From Bdellovibrionales bacterium (lineage in GTDB: Bacteria > Bdellovibrionota > UBA1018 > CAIMNF01), in assembly GCA_040380025.1 (NCBI GenBank), contig JBEIJY010000011.1:1077-65076 (forward strand): a stretch of 64,000 nucleotides of DNA. The letters run 5' to 3'. A model generated the notes under the pieces. That model did not search any database, was not told the DNA's origin, and saw only the letters and a program-made list of their open reading frames with translations. How positions within the stretch are numbered: position 1 is the stretch's first letter; the number at the start of each line of letters is the position of its first letter. Shown here one piece after another: positions 62,322 to 64,000 of this stretch. The translations under genes were made by a program, and so were the position numbers.

Positions 62322-63989
62322 TCAGGAAGACTTCGCGGGCGCGGTCGTCAAAAACTGCAGGGTCTTTTGATTGTCGATCGCCCACTTCATCGCCCATTCG
62401 CTCTTGAAGAGCACCACGGGGTGATCATCGCGATCGAGCAGACAGCGCGAATCCTCGCGGCGGTCGAACTGCTCGAGCGAATCGGCAGATCCGCCGGTCA
62501 CCCAGCGCGCGTGCGTGAAGGGGAGCTTGTCGATCCGGACATCGACGGCGTACTCGGCCTTTAGGCGATGCTGGAGCACCTCGAACTGCAGGGCTCCGAC
62601 CGCGCCGAGCACCGGATCCCGATCGCCGAACCCGCGTTGCCGGTAAATCTGCACGACCCCTTCTTCGGAAAGCTGTTCGAGGCCTTTTTGAAGCTGTTTT
62701 CGCTTCATGGGGTCGAGGATCGTGACCGACGAGAAGTGCTCGGGCGAGAACGAGGGAACGCCCGTGTATTCGAGGCCCTTTTTCTCAGAGATCGTGTCGC
62801 CGATCCGGAGCGAGCCCGTCGTGTCGACGAGCCCGATCACATCGCCGGGCCAAGCCTCTTCGACCACGACCCGCTCCTGGCCGAAGAAGCTCACCGGCAT
62901 GGCGAGCTTCAGGTCTTTTTCGAGGCGCGAGTGCTTCACGATCATGTTGCGCGAGAAGTGTCCCGAGCAGATGCGAATGAAGGCCACGCGATCGCGATGG
63001 GAGGGGTCCATGTTTGCTTGGATCTTGAACACGAAGGCCGAAAATTTCGGTTCGGTCGGAAGGATCTCCTGCCCGTTCGAAACCCGCGGAGCCGGCGAGG
63101 GGGCGAGCTCGATGAAGCGCGTAAGAAACCGCTCGACCCCGAAGTTGTTCATCGCGGAGCCGAAGAACACGGGACTCAGCTGGCCCTTCAGGACACGGTC
63201 AAGATCGAAGGGATCTCCCGCCATTTCGAGGAGCTCGAGCTCGGTTTTAAACTGGCCGTAGAGTTCTTCGGCCTCGTATTGGTCGTCGCGCTCACCCGCG
63301 AGGGCCTTCAGGAACCCGGGGTCGTCGATGCCCGACATTTTTTGCGACTCGATTTTTTTGCCCTTCGATTCGGAATCGCGCTGAAAAAAGTGGATCTCTT
63401 GCGACTGGCGGTCGTAGACGCCGCGAAAGCGGTCGCCGGAGCCGATGGGCCAGGTCATCGGGCACGAGCGGATGCCGAGGATTTTCTCGAGCTCATCGAG
63501 CAGGTCGAGCGGCTCGCGCGAGGGTCGGTCCATTTTGTTGATGAACGTGAAGATCGGAATGCCCCGCAGACGGCACACCTCGAAGAGCTTGCGGGTTTGC
63601 GGCTCGACACCCTTGGCGGCGTCGATCAGCATCACGGCGGCATCGGCGGCCATGAGGGTCCGGTAGGTGTCTTCGGAGAAGTCCTTGTGCCCGGGCGTAT
63701 CGAGAAGGTTGATGATGGTTCCGTTGAACTCGAACTGCAGAACCGAGGTGCTGATCGAGATTCCCCGTTGCTTTTCGATCTCCATCCAGTCCGAGGTGGT
63801 GTGGCGCTGGTTCGCCTTCGCGCGGACGGCCCCGGCAAGGTGGATCGCTCCGCCGTAAAGGAGGAGCTTTTCGGTAAGGGTGGTTTTACCGGCATCGGGA
63901 TGCGAGATGATCGCGAAGGTTCGCCGGCGCCGGACCTGGTCTTCGAGTTGATGGAGGAATTCTGACACGATGGCGGGAGGATAGCACAA
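62322..63989 (-). CDS. prfC: peptide chain release factor 3
   Basis: RRTFAIISHPDAGKTTLTEKLL, DTPGHKDF, NKMD. The exact start (TTG 63989 or GTG 63968) is uncertain. Confidence 0.95.
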   Translation of the reverse strand: MCYPPAIVSEFLHQLEDQVRRRRTFAIISHPDAGKTTLTEKLLLYGGAIHLAGAVRAKANQRHTTSDWMEIEKQRGISISTSVLQFEFNGTIINLLDTPGHKDFSEDTYRTLMAADAAVMLIDAAKGVEPQTRKLFEVCRLRGIPIFTFINKMDRPSREPLDLLDELEKILGIRSCPMTWPIGSGDRFRGVYDRQSQEIHFFQRDSESKGKKIESQKMSGIDDPGFLKALAGERDDQYEAEELYGQFKTELELLEMAGDPFDLDRVLKGQLSPVFFGSAMNNFGVERFLTRFIELAPSPAPRVSNGQEILPTEPKFSAFVFKIQANMDPSHRDRVAFIRICSGHFSRNMIVKHSRLEKDLKLAMPVSFFGQERVVVEEAWPGDVIGLVDTTGSLRIGDTISEKKGLEYTGVPSFSPEHFSSVTILDPMKRKQLQKGLEQLSEEGVVQIYRQRGFGDRDPVLGAVGALQFEVLQHRLKAEYAVDVRIDKLPFTHARWVTGGSADSLEQFDRREDSRCLLDRDDHPVVLFKSEWAMKWAIDNQKTLQFLTTAPAKSS

Positions 63990-64000
63990 ACTGCCCCCTT

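Overview
High-GC (roughly 55-60% by eye) Gram-negative bacterial chromosome segment, mostly core housekeeping genes in tightly coupled operons. These include a PTS block (EIICBA-ptsH-ptsI), comF-rlmH-rsfS-nadD-obg-rpmA-rplU, hppA, tsaC-murF, kdsD, suhB, hflX, rimP-nusA-infB-rbfA-truB-recX, infC-rpmI-rplT-pheS-pheT-ihfA-merR, gshB, slt, a fatty-acid CoA ligase, a patatin and prfC. The pheST-ihfA-merR and rimP..truB order suggests a deltaproteobacterial or Bdellovibrionota-like lineage, which is inference only. There is one tRNA-Ser(CGA) and no rRNA, CRISPR array, transposase or integrase. Four lower-GC accessory patches interrupt the core. (1) 145-5958 holds an uncharacterised four-gene operon (orphan, DUF3293-like, GGCT, HD), BrnT/BrnA, an AAA+ ATPase with a PD-(D/E)xK-like tail, and a DUF4236-WYL operon. 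(2) 18042-20448 holds secreted orphans, including three tandem paralogues, one interrupted by an in-frame TAG. (3) 22306-28331 holds a decayed DUF418 gene, an RHH-NTase/HEPN/DinB operon, a second AAA+/PD-(D/E)xK ATPase, an SRPBCC protein, about 750 nt of non-coding DNA, a LemA-like stub plus GIDE protein, and a ~50-nt direct repeat bracketing about 2 kb next to the tRNA. (4) 35880-36717 holds two tandem two-Cys secreted paralogues. The most notable sequence-level pattern is in the accessory genes: many have near-consensus -35/-10 hexamers ending only 6-12 nt before the start codon and lack a Shine-Dalgarno sequence, so they look leaderless. Both ATPase paralogues also carry their own TTTAC..GTAAA palindromes on top of that promoter and start. 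I see no complete, recognisable novel multi-gene system. The best candidates for follow-up are the palindrome-controlled ATPase-nuclease genes next to TA modules, the orphan/DUF3293/GGCT/HD operon, and the leaderless secreted trio.
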